From positions 20,834,001-20,898,000 of the forward strand of contig NC_087436.1 in the NCBI RefSeq assembly GCF_036321535.1: a DNA stretch of 64,000 nt, given 5' to 3'. Below, piece by piece: positions 10,362-23,885 of the stretch. The notes under the pieces were generated by a model. The model ran no database searches. It was not told the origin of the DNA and was given only the letters and a program-made list of their open reading frames with translations. The position numbers were made by a program, and so were the translations under genes. Position 1 is the first letter of the stretch. The number at the start of each line of letters is the position of its first letter. Source of the DNA: Camelus dromedarius (Eukaryota).

Positions 10362-12949
10362 GAAACCAACATGAGTTCCAGCTCATTCTCACAGATTCCG
10401 GTTTTTTTCTTCACTGCCCTGCTTCAGTGTTAACCTTTCCTTTCCACTTCCTGCCCTATTGACCTCAGGCCCAGCACCAGATGCAGAAGCCAACATTCAC
10501 ATATAAACTGTTTAATTAGCTCCCACAAGTGCATAAGGTCAAGGTTCTATCATAAATCTCATAGTCTATATCATGCGTACTGGTTCTGTTTCTCTTACTG
10601 AAGCCTGACTGTCACACTAAAGCATATGGAAATGATGCTAGCCATTTTATTTGGCTGGTTGACTAAATATTCGACTCAACACTGGCCTATGCCAGAACTT
10701 CCCTGGCATAACATAAACAAAAGAATTCAGAGGTTTCAGGAGATGAAAGTTTTGGAGTGGATTTCTTCGTGTAATCTATACTCCCACTCCTCAATTCTAT
10801 CCTAGGAGAAGGCCCACAGGATGCCCCTTCCCCTAAGATTTTGAGAAATAAATTAGTGACAGGAGCATCTGTACCTTTGAAAGTATCTCTGGTGTCAGTT
10901 CTCCGCTGGCTGGGTGTGATGGCGAGGGATATGATGGAGGGGGACATGATGGTGGGGGGGTGCCACCATTGAGATGGGTGCCCTGATTTCAGTCCCAGGG
11001 TAGCAGAGGTCAAGAGCTCTTAAAAACCAAGGGCAAGCTGGCTGTATTCACAATGAAGGGCAGCAGAGGTGTAGTGCAATCAAATGTTTTGACCTACAGG
11101 AATCTTTGGCAGGGGTTGATTCATCACCATTCCCCAAGGAATGATATGGATGGGTAGCTTTCTAAAATATTTCTTTATCTATATAACAGGGAAGACTCCA
11201 GATCTAGTAACCAAAATGTGACTTGAATCACCACAATGGAGAATTATGGCCCCAACTCAGTTTCTAGATGTACGCCAGTTCACAGACCTAGAGCTTCCTC
11301 TTTGATGGGAAAGATCCTCACTCTTGAGGAAGGAACCTTCAACACTGCCACAAATGTATGCTATAATCATCTTCCAAGGAAACTATGGCTATTTATTAAA
11401 ATGACTATTATATATATATATATATATTCTTGATCACTATACACCAACTCTGAAATAATGCTAATTTCTTAAAACCCCAAACACTACTCCAATCCATTAG
11501 TGACAATAGGCCTTTATGGTGGTCAAGTAACGAAACAGAGTTTTAGCCCAGGTGTGAATCACCCTGAGCTCAGTAGGTCCTCAAAGCCACTTTGTTGTTA
11601 TTTCCCCAGTTTCTGGATTTGTAATTGGAATAAACATACTTAACCACTGGCAGAATTCCCACATTAGCTCTCTCACACAGGAAGGGCCAAATGGAAACTG
11701 GAACTCCCCCCACCCTAACCAGGACAGTAAATAAAAAGCTTTATCACATCCCTGGAGAAATGTAAAGATCGGCACTGCCATCTAAGACTCATGTTCTATC
11801 TGTCTCTTGACCGACATGTCAAAGAATACATTGCAAAATGACCTTCAGATTTACAACATACAATAAATAGCAAAACCACCCTCAACAAGAACACTCAGAG
11901 CACTGTCTCTGTGTATTCTACATCAGTAACACTCAACCTCTACTTTCTGCACATGTTTAATGATATCTAATGTCTACTTTTCCATTCTATTCCCAGTGAG
12001 TGGTTTTCCATATATCACAGGCCGTGACTGTTGCCCAACTGGCTGTTACACCAAGTGACCAGCAGGGGCAGAGTGTCAAATACTTGCCCTACCACTTAGG
12101 ATATAAATCAATGTGCCTTTCCCAGTTGCTCATGATCCAAAGCATTTCACTGTATATTGGTACGTGCCTCATGTGCTGAGCTGGAGAGGAAAAAGTTAAT
12201 TCCCTTGAGTCTAGAAAAGGTTAAAAAATAGAGGCAGGTCATCACTGGTCATCTTCAGCTTTACCACATGTAAAGTAAGAACAGTGTTCAAGTCTTACAA
12301 ACAACTGGAGACCAATGTGGAGGCTACAGGTACAAAGGGCAGGTCTACCAAACCCATTCCAGATTATTTTAATAAAAAAAATTTTAAATTATTTTTTATT
12401 AATAATACTTTATTAAAATTTAAAACTATGGAATAATTGTTAAACAAGATGGAACCCCAGGACAAAGAAATAAGCCAAGATCATAGCAGACAAATCAGGG
12501 TATGTAACTAAAACCCTCACTCTCTGTCTCTCATTCTTACTTCTACCTATTCAATAATTTAGATCATTACCGGAGAAAAGAGAAGGAGAATGGTGAAGGG
12601 AGAGCCTAAAGTGACTGACTTTGACTCAAAAGAAGCTAAGAAAAATCCAAATGGACAAAGTTTGGTCCGAATTTTCAAGACAAAATCCTATATCATCAGC
12701 AGAAATGAACCCTTGAGAATGAATATCAAATCAGGAATAGGGAAAATAAGGAAGTTCCAGTTTTCCACACTTTATTTTTATGACTGTGAATTTTTTTTCT
12801 GCTATAAACCCTAGAACTATGAGGCATCTGTAAATCTTTTCTTGCATGATCTTTTTTCCACCTATCGCTTCACTATTGTTGTAAGCCTGTGTTTTCCAGG
12901 CTGCCTGAACTTCTAATATTTCCCAGGCTACATCAATTTTTTTTTTCCC

Positions 12950-14230
12950 TTCCTCCAGGTATTCATTCTTGCTGTTCTCTGCCTGGAACTTCTTGGCATC
13001 TTGCACATCCTTTTCTCATTTTTCAAGTATCATTTTAAGGGAACTTCCAAAGACAGGTCTTTCATAATCATTCTATCTAAATAACCCTTAGACTATTTTT
13101 CTTTATAAATAGCTCTCTGTTACTTACTCTAGGGTGTTTATCTTAACCTGCAATCATTTTGTGTATTTATCTGTCCACTGCCTTACTATCCCTCCACCAT
13201 TTTGCACATAAGCTTCGTGGAGGAGAGGAGTACAGGAGGAAATATTGACTGATTGCATGAATGAAGAATAAATGCCTTATAAGAAATCATTAAGAGCTGA
13301 CTTTTCTTTCTCTTCTTCAGCAAAAGCTGCAAGGGAGATTTCAGCCCAATAAGGAAATAACTTTCTGATTCTATCAAAATCTGTATATCTAAGCCAGATA
13401 AATTTCGTAGGATCTCCAATTGCCCATGTCCAATAGGTGCCTCAAAATCAGCAAATCTAAATGCAGTCATTATGAAGTTTCTTGGTTTCAAGTCATGGTG
13501 GGTGGCACCATTCAAATATGACTAAGTCTGACCAATTCTTGCTTGTTAATAACTGTTGTATTTGTCTATTTCCTCTTCATCCCCTATTATTCATGTATAT
13601 TTTGGTTTCTCCTAATCTGCAATGAATTCCTAATTAGTTTTCTGCTTTCAGCTTTACTTCTTTTCTTTTTTTAAATATTTTTTTATTGAAGTATAGTCAG
13701 TTTACAATGTTAAATCAACTTCTGGCATACAGCATAATGCCTCAGGCATATATGAACATACATATATTCGTTTTCATATTCTTTTTCATCATAAGTTACT
13801 ACAAGATATTGAATATAATTCCCTGTGCTATAGAGTAGAAACTTGTTGTTTATCTGTTTTCTGATTACTCCCCACTGATCTTTAAGACAAGTCTTTCTAA
13901 AGCACAAACTGAAAGTTTAAAACTGTTTATCATTTCACATAGGAACAAAGTTCAAATATCTTCACCTGGTCTAGAGAACCACCACAATTTGATTTCTCTC
14001 ACCTCTCTGGCTTCAGTTCTCAGTGCTTCCACGTCTCTCTGTCCTCAAACTTACCTTATACTTTTGTCTACAGAACAACTAGCAGTTCTTGGATCTTGCC
14101 ATGCTGGTTCACACTCGTGTCTTTACTCAAACCCCTCCCTATGCCAAGAATACTTCTTTCTGCCTAGTGAGAACATCTATTTGTGTTTCAAGGTTTGCCT
14201 CAAAGACTTGACAGTTTTTGATCCTCCATG
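12950..14230 (+). mobile_element. L2 fragments
   Basis: L2 3' motifs ('ttctctgcctggaac', 'tgaatgaagaataaatg', 'caaagttcaaatatcttcacctgg'), highly diverged. Confidence 0.5.
13660..13862 (-). mobile_element. Lineage-specific L1 3' tail
   Basis: Poly-T then 'attgaagtatagtcagtttacaatgtt...ccctgtgctata'. Same family as the tails at 8.7, 23.4, 38.8 and 52 kb. Confidence 0.85.
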
Positions 14231-14599
14231 GAGAAATGGACTACAGTTAAACATGAGATGTGCTATTTTCTAACATATTATGTTATTGATGCTAAGAATT
14301 AATGTTAAAAGAAATGAAGAGATGACTGAGCCAGTTGTTAATATGTCACTTCATTTCCTTAGATTCTGGGAAATTGAACACCAGCACTTTATCTCAGACT
14401 CATAATTAAAAATAGAATGATAAAAGGTATGGAATAGACCTGCAGAAAATCTTTTTAAAATACGTTAGGATGTTTGACAACACTAATATAGATGACCGCT
14501 TTGTTGGTCAAATACTTAAAAAATAAAAGTGAAATAAACTTTAATAAAACATAAAAGTAAAATAAACTTGATTAAAAAAAAAGAAATCTCTAGGTTCCA

Positions 14600-16050
14600 G
14601 AAAAGAATAATAAATCCAAATGAAGGTTCCAGCCACAGTTATGGGCCCTAGACATTGGATACTGGGGTCTTTTAAACAACCTTCGGGAAACAGCAGATAG
14701 AGTCTTGAGTCCAAGAGAGATAGGGAGCTGGAACTAATCTCACTGCACAAACCCAAAAGTTGTTCAGGCTATGAAAATGGAAATAGAAAGCTTCTCCACC
14801 TTCCAGGAATTCAGGGATAAAGTCATTCATCTGGGATTTGGGTTAAAAAAAATGGTACCTACAATAACCAAAGGGCAGCAGTCAGCAAAGCTTGGGAATT
14901 TGGGATGATACTACTTTAATTGTGTGCAATCTTAGATAAGAAATTCATATGGATATATTTTGAAAGAACTAATATAAAATTCAATATATAAGAAATTAAT
15001 ATAAAATATGAACCCACCAGGCCCCAGGTTAAAAAAAAAACTTCAAACTAATTTCTAGAGGCACTCACACCACCCCAAGTGTGAGACTCTCACAGATTTA
15101 TGAGAGAGAAAAACAGAGAGAGAAGGCAAGAGAGAGCAAGCTCATTATAAAAATATATAAACAGTAGGAAGACATTAATTACTGAGGGATAATTCACATA
15201 TTTAATAGACAAGAAAGTCAGTTTCCCAAGAACTAGATGTAATAGAATACTCTGAAAAGAATTATGAAATAATAATTTTAATGATTATCAAGGTAAAAAA
15301 AAAAATAGAACCCATGATAAAAGAATAAGTTTGTATGAAAAATCATCATGGAGATTTAAAATAAATAAAAACTAAGCATTAAAAAAAACCTTAAAAAAAG
15401 GAAACAGTCATAAAATTAAACATTTATCAGATGAATTAAAAAAGTAAATTAAACATAGCCAAAGAGAGAATTGGTGAACTAGAAGATAGATCTTGGGAAG
15501 TAGCACAGGATAAATAGCACAGAGAAACAAAAAGATGGAAAATATGAAAGAGAGGCTAATAAATGTAAAGAATAGAATTATAAAATCCAATGTATGTTTA
15601 AGAATAGTTTCAGGAGGGTCAAGAATATAGAGAATTTCAGGAAAGCAATATTAAAAAGAGGATGGATACGCATGATCCAGAGTCAGAAAAGAAATCAAGA
15701 AGAAAACATAGATTACCTACAAAGGAGATGTCCTTTGGACTGATAACAGACTTCATATGAAAGAAGACAATGTAATCATATCTTCTAAGTTCTGAGAGAA
15801 AATAATTTTCAATTAAGCATTTAAGCCCAAAGAAATTATGACTCCATAATAAGGATGAAATAAGACATTTTTAGATAAGCACTATGAATATTTATCACTC
15901 ATAAATAGACCCTCACTGAAACAACAACAAACAAACACTGAGAAATACTTCAGAACAAGGAAGATGGATCTCAGAAAAAAGGAGTGGAATGCAGATGCAA
16001 TAAACTTATGCCAAGTATGCATGCTAAGAATTTAATGGTAAGCATTAAAA
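14600..16050 (+). mobile_element. Old L1 (L1M) 5'/ORF1 region
   Basis: A-rich strand with decayed ORF1 motifs 'gagagaattggtgaactagaagataga' and 'agatggaaaatatgaaagagagg'. Confidence 0.65.
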
Positions 16051-19000
16051 AAAATAGACGTCAAATGTTTAACTTCTCAAATGCTTCTGTAAACATTTCT
16101 AGAGGCAGGCTGGAATGTGGGAAACAGCAGAAATATATCTGGGCTGAATTACTAGTTATGGGACTTGAAATATTCAATTACTTTTTCTGCAAAATGAGAA
16201 GATTGTGTTAAACTTTGAATGAGTTGTTCTAAGACTTTGTCTAGTGTGATTTTATTATCTATGATAGCTGAAATGATTAAATAAGGATTTATGCTTGTGA
16301 AAAATAGAATAGAATCACAGATACTCAGAATTGTAAAGCATCTTAAAAGGTCACCTAGTCCAAACTATGACTGATATTTTAATCTTATCAGTAGAAAAAT
16401 ACATATTAACCTTGAGTAGTTTACTTGCCATGGCCCATATTTTAATGTCATTCTTAACATACTCCTAATTGTTAGTTCTTAGAGAAGTGGTGGGTGGGAG
16501 GGGGAATCACTTGTGATCTTTCCCTAAATAAAAGAAATAGATTTCCTTCCAAAAGTTAAATGAGGAAAGCTTCTGCAAGTGGATCAGGCTATAGGTGGGG
16601 AAATTCATTTTAGTTACACAATAAACAGCTCTCACATCTGCAAGAGTTTGTTGTAACAAAATCAAATCTATTAATATTCTTAAATTTTTTCCAAAGGGTG
16701 TTTGTGATGGAAGAGGACTGTCCACCCTCAAAAGCCTGGAGAAAGGGAAATACCAAAGGCACACAGTTTTGTCTAAGTTCTAGACCCTTCTGACAACAAC
16801 TGCAGACTTCAAGAAGCCATTAGTGCTACAGTATGCAAGTAAAACCTTGATTCTCTAAGACCTCGAGAAGGGAAGACTTAGAGCTGGTGAGTTTTGATAG
16901 GGACAATGAATTTAGAAAAGACGAGGCATACGGGAAGTTACAAAGGTCACATGCGAGCCGTGATGGGGAAGGCTTATCTGCCGTGAGCCACAGAAGCATC
17001 CACTTTGCACAAAGATTCTGCTCAAGGATCGGCTGCCTTACACGAAGGAAGGTGAGGGCCCAGTGGCTTTACCCAAGCTTTACTTCTCTGTACATTTTCA
17101 AACATTGATCAATCATACTCTGAGAGAATTGCTCTGTATTTTCATTGAACAGATCCAGATTTTTTTATAACACTTCCCTCAAACTAGAAAAAGCATGAAT
17201 AATTTTAATAAAACTATTGCTTCCTCCTGTGATCTCACAAAGCCATTCCACCAGATTTTTGTTAACCCTGCCCCCAAATATGAAATCCAATTGGCTGCGT
17301 TTGAGGGCAGAACTGGGTTTAAATCTGTCATTTTCCTCTATAATGAAAGTATCCTTTCTAACTCTTCAATGTGTCTTGAATTGAATTGATTCTCACAACT
17401 AAGTGCGCAAAAGAAAATCAGGAAACTTCTCACAGCATTTCCACAGGAAAAAAATGGCAGCAAGTACACTGGAAAAGGAATTTATTCAAGGATAGATAGA
17501 CTCCTTTAGGAGCAAACTGGAGTAAAGAAATAAACAACTAACATACCAAAAAACACAGAGAAACACTGATTTATTTTCCCAAAATTATTCTGTGAAAAGA
17601 CCTACAAGCGGGTTTAAATCTGGATTCGGTTTGCTATGGAATTACAAATTTTAACTTGTTCTTGACTGAATCAATGATATAAAATGTCTAAATAAAGGGT
17701 TTTTGTGTATTTTCAAAAGAAATCAACCTTGAAAATTTGTTGTGAACTTGGTAAAATCCTGGTGGTTTGGTTGTGTGCTTTTAACCAGAGTGACCACAGG
17801 CTGTCAGAAGCCTGTTTTTTTTCTAATTTAGTCTCCATGCGTAAGGATACTGGTGGTTTGAAATTTCAGAGTTCTTTTACCCACCCTTGTCTGCATATGA
17901 ACAATGAAAAGTGTCTACTTATCAGTACTTTGAGATTCTGTTTCACTGTTTATCTTAAGTTTGCCAAAATTCATTTGGCCACATCTAGTCAATTTTCCAA
18001 AGTGAGATAGTCAACCTGCATCTAATTATGCCATTACTTGCCCTCAGATGTAGCCTGCCCCCTGCCTAACAGACAACTGAAAAAGAATGTAGATCCCAGG
18101 AAAGTCTGTCTTTTAATCTCCTTCTCTCCTGCTTTATTCTAATAAATGGAACTCGACTTAAGGAGACATGAGAAGTATTACTGCTTTAGATACGTTCATT
18201 GTGACCATAAAAAATATTTAACATCAACAAAATGAAATGCAGGATTGCTGTCAATGCTATTAAAATGATCATCAGTTTGTCACTGACATGACAGAGTATA
18301 AAATAAGAAAAGATGTCATTCCTGTCCTCATATGCTTATATAATATGGAAAAGATGGGTGACATACACATTTGAGAGATAGTTCATATCTGGGGCATTCT
18401 TTTTGGAACTTTAAAACTGTGATCAAGATTGAAAGGAATTTTAAATATCATTTGCAGCCTTTCACATAAAAGTGTCATTGCTTTGGGAAAGGTACACGAG
18501 AAAGTGCATTTCTTTGATGTTTTCCCTTCAATCTGCTTTCTCCTTAAATCTTAGTGTCAAACGGAAGGAAGAATGACAGACCTTTAGTCATAACATTATT
18601 TTTCAACCACTGGATAAAGTGGTATCCAGTCAAGAGTTTGGGTGGTGGATTCTTTTTCCTAAGACATGATATAAAAATGTAAGGAGAATGATACCAATTT
18701 AATTTTTGCAGGTGGAGGGAGGTTTTTTTTTTCACCAGTTGAAAAATGATGCCATGACTAATATGACATCATGCGGCTCCCCCACAAAGTCAGCTCTTCT
18801 ACAAACTTAGGAAGAAGCAGCTGTGAGAAAAAGCAAGACTCTTTTTAGCCGTTCACCCTAAGCATATTTTTGCCTGTGAAAAGCACTTACAATTAAGGGA
18901 GCTGGAAGAGAGTGTGTGGGTCTGGTAATATCTGAGGACCTCACACTAGGGGAATCAAACACAAACACAAAGAATTCGTTGATTTGTTTTCGAGCAGTTT

Positions 19001-20716
19001 CACGCACCAGGGCCAACAGCTGACAGGAGGCTCTGGAGGCATCTGCTTGACACCAGCCCTGGCAAACATGGAAGCCAAGGGCACGTCGTCACAGGATGCC
19101 GTTTCCCCGTGGGTCTCAGCTTAGACATTGTTTATCATGCCCAGCTTTTCTTCCTGACTTTTTAATTTATATAAATGAACACTTTGACTCCTTTTCTATC
19201 ATCGACCCCAGTTATATCCAAAGAAGGAATCTGACAGTAAGTTAGGAGCGGGGAAAGGACACTTCTGCCCACAAGCATATTGTGGCCCACCACCCCCCTC
19301 CCCTGAGCCCCATCCATGATGCTTCGGTGCTAGCTAGGACAGGGACTTAAATCCTGACATGAGCCGATCTGCTTCTGGCAGGCATAGCCCCACCTACTTT
19401 CAGTTATCAGAGCTTTTCCCGGGAAGCTGGGGATCTGTTTACTTTGAGGAATTGTTGGGTGTTGCTTTTCATTAATTTACTCTGGTCCTTGAACCTGCTG
19501 AGACCTCTACCCCAGTTCAGTTAGCACTTTTCCTGAGGGTGGGCTGGGCATTGAGATTCCAGCCCGGCCACTTAGCGGCTCTGGCAGAAGGTTTGGTGGG
19601 GAAGGAGGATGAAATTAAGGATGAAACCAAGGCTTGAGTATTCACAAAGGACTTCCATTAGCCATGCTCCCGCTGCCCCAGTCACCGTGGATAAGTGACA
19701 GTTGACCGGAGTCACACCACTTGCTGGGGAGGGAGACCAGAACGTCAGGGGTCAGAGGGGCCCCGTAAGTGCTTTCTCATGCCTATCAAATTTCCCTCAT
19801 GATCTGTTGCCGCCCCCTCGGTATTTCACAACAGGAATGCCTTCATCTGCATATTTTCTAAAAGAGGTGTGAGTGCTAACATTTCACTTTTCCCTTCCTA
19901 GTGAAGCTCACCTGTCTCAGGATAGGTCTGGTCCTGCCTGCCGTTCTTTTGTGAGCAGCAAATGGCTTGCGTTTCCCACTTAATTCAAAGAATTTCTGTC
20001 ACTAGATTTTTAGCCTGGGAGGAGGCCAGGTCTGGCAGGAGACTAAATGAGTCTGAACTGAGAACGCCACTGAGGCCAGCTCTGCGTAGGCAGGGCCAGG
20101 GCTGTGTGCTCAGAAGGACCAAGGAGGTAGGGAAAAAAGACGAGTGGGGGTGAACGAGGTGATGTGGGTGACTTGAGGCAGGCTGGTCTGAAGGCTGCAG
20201 CATCATTCTCTCTGAATGACTCCAGCATTGTAATTGCAAGTGGCCCTTAAAAATCTCAGACTTGTCTGTACTAGTTAGGTTAAATCCAACACGGGTCCAG
20301 CCCAGAAAGTCTGCTAAGCAGATCATGTCAGTTCTCTTGCCAACAGAGCCCCCCAACACACACCAGCTGGAGTTTCCAAAGGCCAGAGAGAGACCTTGAT
20401 GTTCAGATGCCCCTTGGGCTGACTGCCCTCTGGAACCTCAGGGAGCAGTGGGAGGTCACCTTGTCGTCAGAGGGTTTTGCCTGCAAACTTGGCACTTGAG
20501 CATGGCATTCAAATAGCAACTGTAGGGTGGGAACGTAGCCACAGCTAGAAAGGGGGAGAAGGCAGCCTCAGAGGGGTTTGCAGCTCATTAAGGCCCTTAC
20601 CTTGTAACTTTAAGACCTGCATCTCAACTGAGAAAGCTTCCTAAGGACCAGGTGAAACTCACCATCAACGACAACCAACTTTTGTTGTCTTCCTCCTGTG
20701 AAGGAGGCACAGCCAG

Positions 20717-20764
20717 GGCTCCAGATATGTCAAAGACAGTGGCTCCAGATATGTCAAAGACAGT
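20717..20764. repeat. Perfect 24-bp tandem duplication
   Basis: ggctccagatatgtcaaagacagt x2 (20717-20740, 20741-20764). Confidence 0.95.
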
Positions 20765-20804
20765 CACAGCCCTCAAGAAAGTCACAAGCAAGTACCAGAA
20801 AAGA

Positions 20805-20931
20805 CATACGTATATATAATACATATGTGATAGATGTATCTCATATATATGATTGATACGTAATATATATGTACATGGCAGTATATATACACACACATAT
20901 ACATACATAGCTGCATATATGAATATACACA
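20805..20931. repeat. Degenerate (TA)/(CA) low-complexity tract
   Basis: Imperfect tata/taca/caca repeats. Confidence 0.8.
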
Positions 20932-23394
20932 CTACCACCATGTCAGTCTTGTATATGAACTGGTACACATTTCCAGTAGCTTCTTCCCTAAGGTCTCATT
21001 TTCTAATTATTTTTAAAAGGTTTCTAATGCCCCTGGATACCATGGCCATAGTAGATATTTCCTGCCTTGACTCCTAGAACTAGTCACTCAAGTGTGATTG
21101 GTCCCTGTGGCTAACCCTTTACGTGGTGGCTGACGGTTGGTCTTCGCCTATGTCCTTGGAAATGAAGCTCTCCATCTTCCTGAGCCTTCCTCTGTCCGGG
21201 ACCCAGATGTAGGCTCCCTCTCCTCTGTGCTTCAAAGTGGCAGGCCAGCGCCTTCTTCTTCAGTGTCAAGAGCCCGGCTGTGGAAGAGCAGAGCCTCAGG
21301 TCCCCTTGGGTTCAGAGGGAGGGAGTTGGGTTCCTGCAAAAGTCCCTTGGATTCCCTAGGTCTCAGTTCATCACTTGTATAAAAGAGGAAACAGGTACAT
21401 CATCTCAGGTCCCTTCCAACTATAAAATATTGGAATTCTGTAGAAGACATGTGATAATGGTCAAATCAGTGGTAGAAAAAGAAAGTACTAAAGGAAATTG
21501 AGAGGGATAAATCTCAAAGCAGGGCAGATTCCACAGAAGATGGTGAGACTTGAGCTTGATTTTGGAGGATGATTAGACTAAAGGCAGTGGGCAAGAACTG
21601 AGGGAGGGGATGCTACACAGGCAAACATTGTAAGCAAAAGTAAACTTGAGGCAAGGTATTAGGGGAAATCAATAAACTAATACATCTATTTGCCTAAGAC
21701 AGTAATTGATAAGAATGCAGCTTGAGATGGGCAGTGCACATCAAATGAGAGTTTTGAGATATTCCCTTGCATTTGGCATTGAAGAGCTGCTGGATGGACA
21801 GCTGGGAACGGTATGGGTACTGTAGGCAAGGGTGACCCCAGGATGGCATAGAGGGTTTCCTTATTGGTGGTACATAGTCTCTCTAGATGAGAAAATTCCT
21901 GGGAACAGTAACCAGCATTCCTCAGGGAGAATTACTCTGTTCACAAACAGAGCCACCTGGTAGGGCTGGCTTCTCAGAACAATTAGATCCCCCTGGAGGA
22001 AGCATGAATTTCTCGGTGTATAATAATTGCAGTAGACAATGGATATGACACGAGCTGATTATGGCCCAACAGCTGTTGCCTATCGGCAGCAGGTCAGCAA
22101 GGAAGACAGATGTCTCGAAGATGACCTTTTTGAGGGAGTGTGTTTGGGAACTTAGGAATTCCCTTGGGGGTTAATGACATGCCATTGCTTGGCAACCACA
22201 GTGAACAGTGTAGCGTTACATCCCGTAGGTGCAAACAAACCATAAAACTCTAACAGGATGGGCTGGGGAAATGCTAGCAGCCAGGTTGAAGAAGGTGGTG
22301 AATAGAAATTGATTTTCTGGAAAGAAATAGGGGGATAGCGAGGAATGGAGAAGGAAGGTAGGGAGGCTAAAATGACCTTAGAGAATGTTATTAAACACAA
22401 AATTCTGCAGATTCAGATAGAACAAGAAATAAGAGGAAAAGAACTAAGTGCAAAACAGGAAGACAGAACTACATGTAGAGTTAAGACTGAGATGGAGCAT
22501 TGTGAAGATCTCGTTTGAGGTTACGGCATTTGCTTGAGTGAAATGGGATCACCTCATAAGGGAGCTATTGGCAGCTTGTCTCTCTTGTACATAAAGGGGG
22601 ATATAATTTCCTTAGTCCCAAACTCCACAGGCCACGTTAAGTAGTTCCATGCCAGAGCTTGACCTTAACTTTGGCCAGAGCCTGGGAGAGCATCAACTTC
22701 TCACGTGGCATGTCCAAAGGCTTTAATGACCACGAAGAAAGGCGATATTGCTTCTCCTGATCATGTAGAGATGCCAATGCATTTAGAAACTATACATTCA
22801 CCTCCACTGATGCACCTATTTCTTGATTTTACTTTAAATTTTAAACAATTATGTGTGTGTAGATATAAATGTATATGTACATATACATACACACAAATTA
22901 AATTAGTAAGGTAATTCACATTACAGAAAGGATTTGTCACTTCACACAAAGGATCATTTATAATCTATTAAATGTTCAAACATCCTGCTTGAACTTAGCT
23001 TTTCAGTAGCACATCTACCATGAAAACCATGTAAACTTGACTTTCTCTGTTCCACTTTTCTAAGTAAAAACTATTTTATAAAACATAGTCATTTACATGC
23101 AAAAAATTTAAAATATGGATTTATTACCCTCATAATTATAGATTTATTTTTCATTCTGAAGAACTTTATCTACTTTTTAACTCTTCTTTTCAGAAGTGCT
23201 GATTTCACTATGAATCAACACCATGTAATTAGCACTTTGAATACCCTATTAAACATCAATTTGATTTCTTACTACCTATCATCAAATAATATTGATACTA
23301 CCTTGAACAAAAGTGGGATGAATTGATATTTTAAGCTTTAAATGACTCCCTCCCCCTTATTTTTCCATTTGGAATTGTAAAGAATGTATAATAA

Positions 23395-23615
23395 AGGAAA
23401 ATAGGAGTTTGGGATTAACAGGTACAAACTACTATATATAAACTAGATAAACAACAAGGTCCTACTGTAGAGCACAGGGAACTAAATTCAATAGCTTGTA
23501 ATAACCTATAATGAAGAAGAATATATATATATGTATAACTGAATCACTATGCTGTACACCAGAAACTAACACAAATTGTAAATCAAGTATATGTCAATTA
23601 AAAAAATTAAAAAAA
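23395..23615 (+). mobile_element. Lineage-specific L1 3' tail with poly-A
   Basis: 'gagtttgggattaacag...ataaacaacaaggtcctactgtagagcacagggaac...gctgtacaccagaaactaacac' plus an A-rich tail. Confidence 0.85.
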
Positions 23616-23624
23616 GAAGAGGTA

Positions 23625-23885
23625 TTTTAATAGCAAGCACCTACTTAGTAAGTATTTGATAAGGACTTAATAAGGTATTAAGAAGTACTTCCCAAATAGT
23701 GACACATTCAATCTTTACTACAACTCTGTGAGGCACTTAGAATATTCACTCATTTCATAGAAGAATCTACAGAGGCTGAAGGAAGTTAAATTCCTTGCCC
23801 GGGTTCACAGAGCTAGCAGTAAGTGGCAGATCTGGAAATCATGCTCAGATTGCATCTGTTCTCTAAAACACTCCACTCTTCTGAC
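23625..23885 (-). mobile_element. MIR SINE
   Basis: MIR core 'aagttaaattccttgcccgggttcacagagctag'. Confidence 0.6.

Larger units (their letters stand above)
9024..10616 (+). mobile_element. ERVL-type LTR inserted into ERV-L gag (itself interrupted)
   Basis: TG start and end 'tggttctgtttctcttactgaagcctgactgtcaca'. ERV-L gag-like sequence stops at ~9023 and resumes at ~10617. Confidence 0.55.
7459..11790 (+). mobile_element. Decayed ERV-L internal region (gag/pro), interrupted by nested insertions
   Basis: Residual peptides QNITLNQAKFIDMGSLT (~8943-8993, gag) and VISPVSGFVIGINILNHWQNSHISSLT (~11597-11677, protease region) resemble ERV-L polyprotein. No long ORF. Confidence 0.75.
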
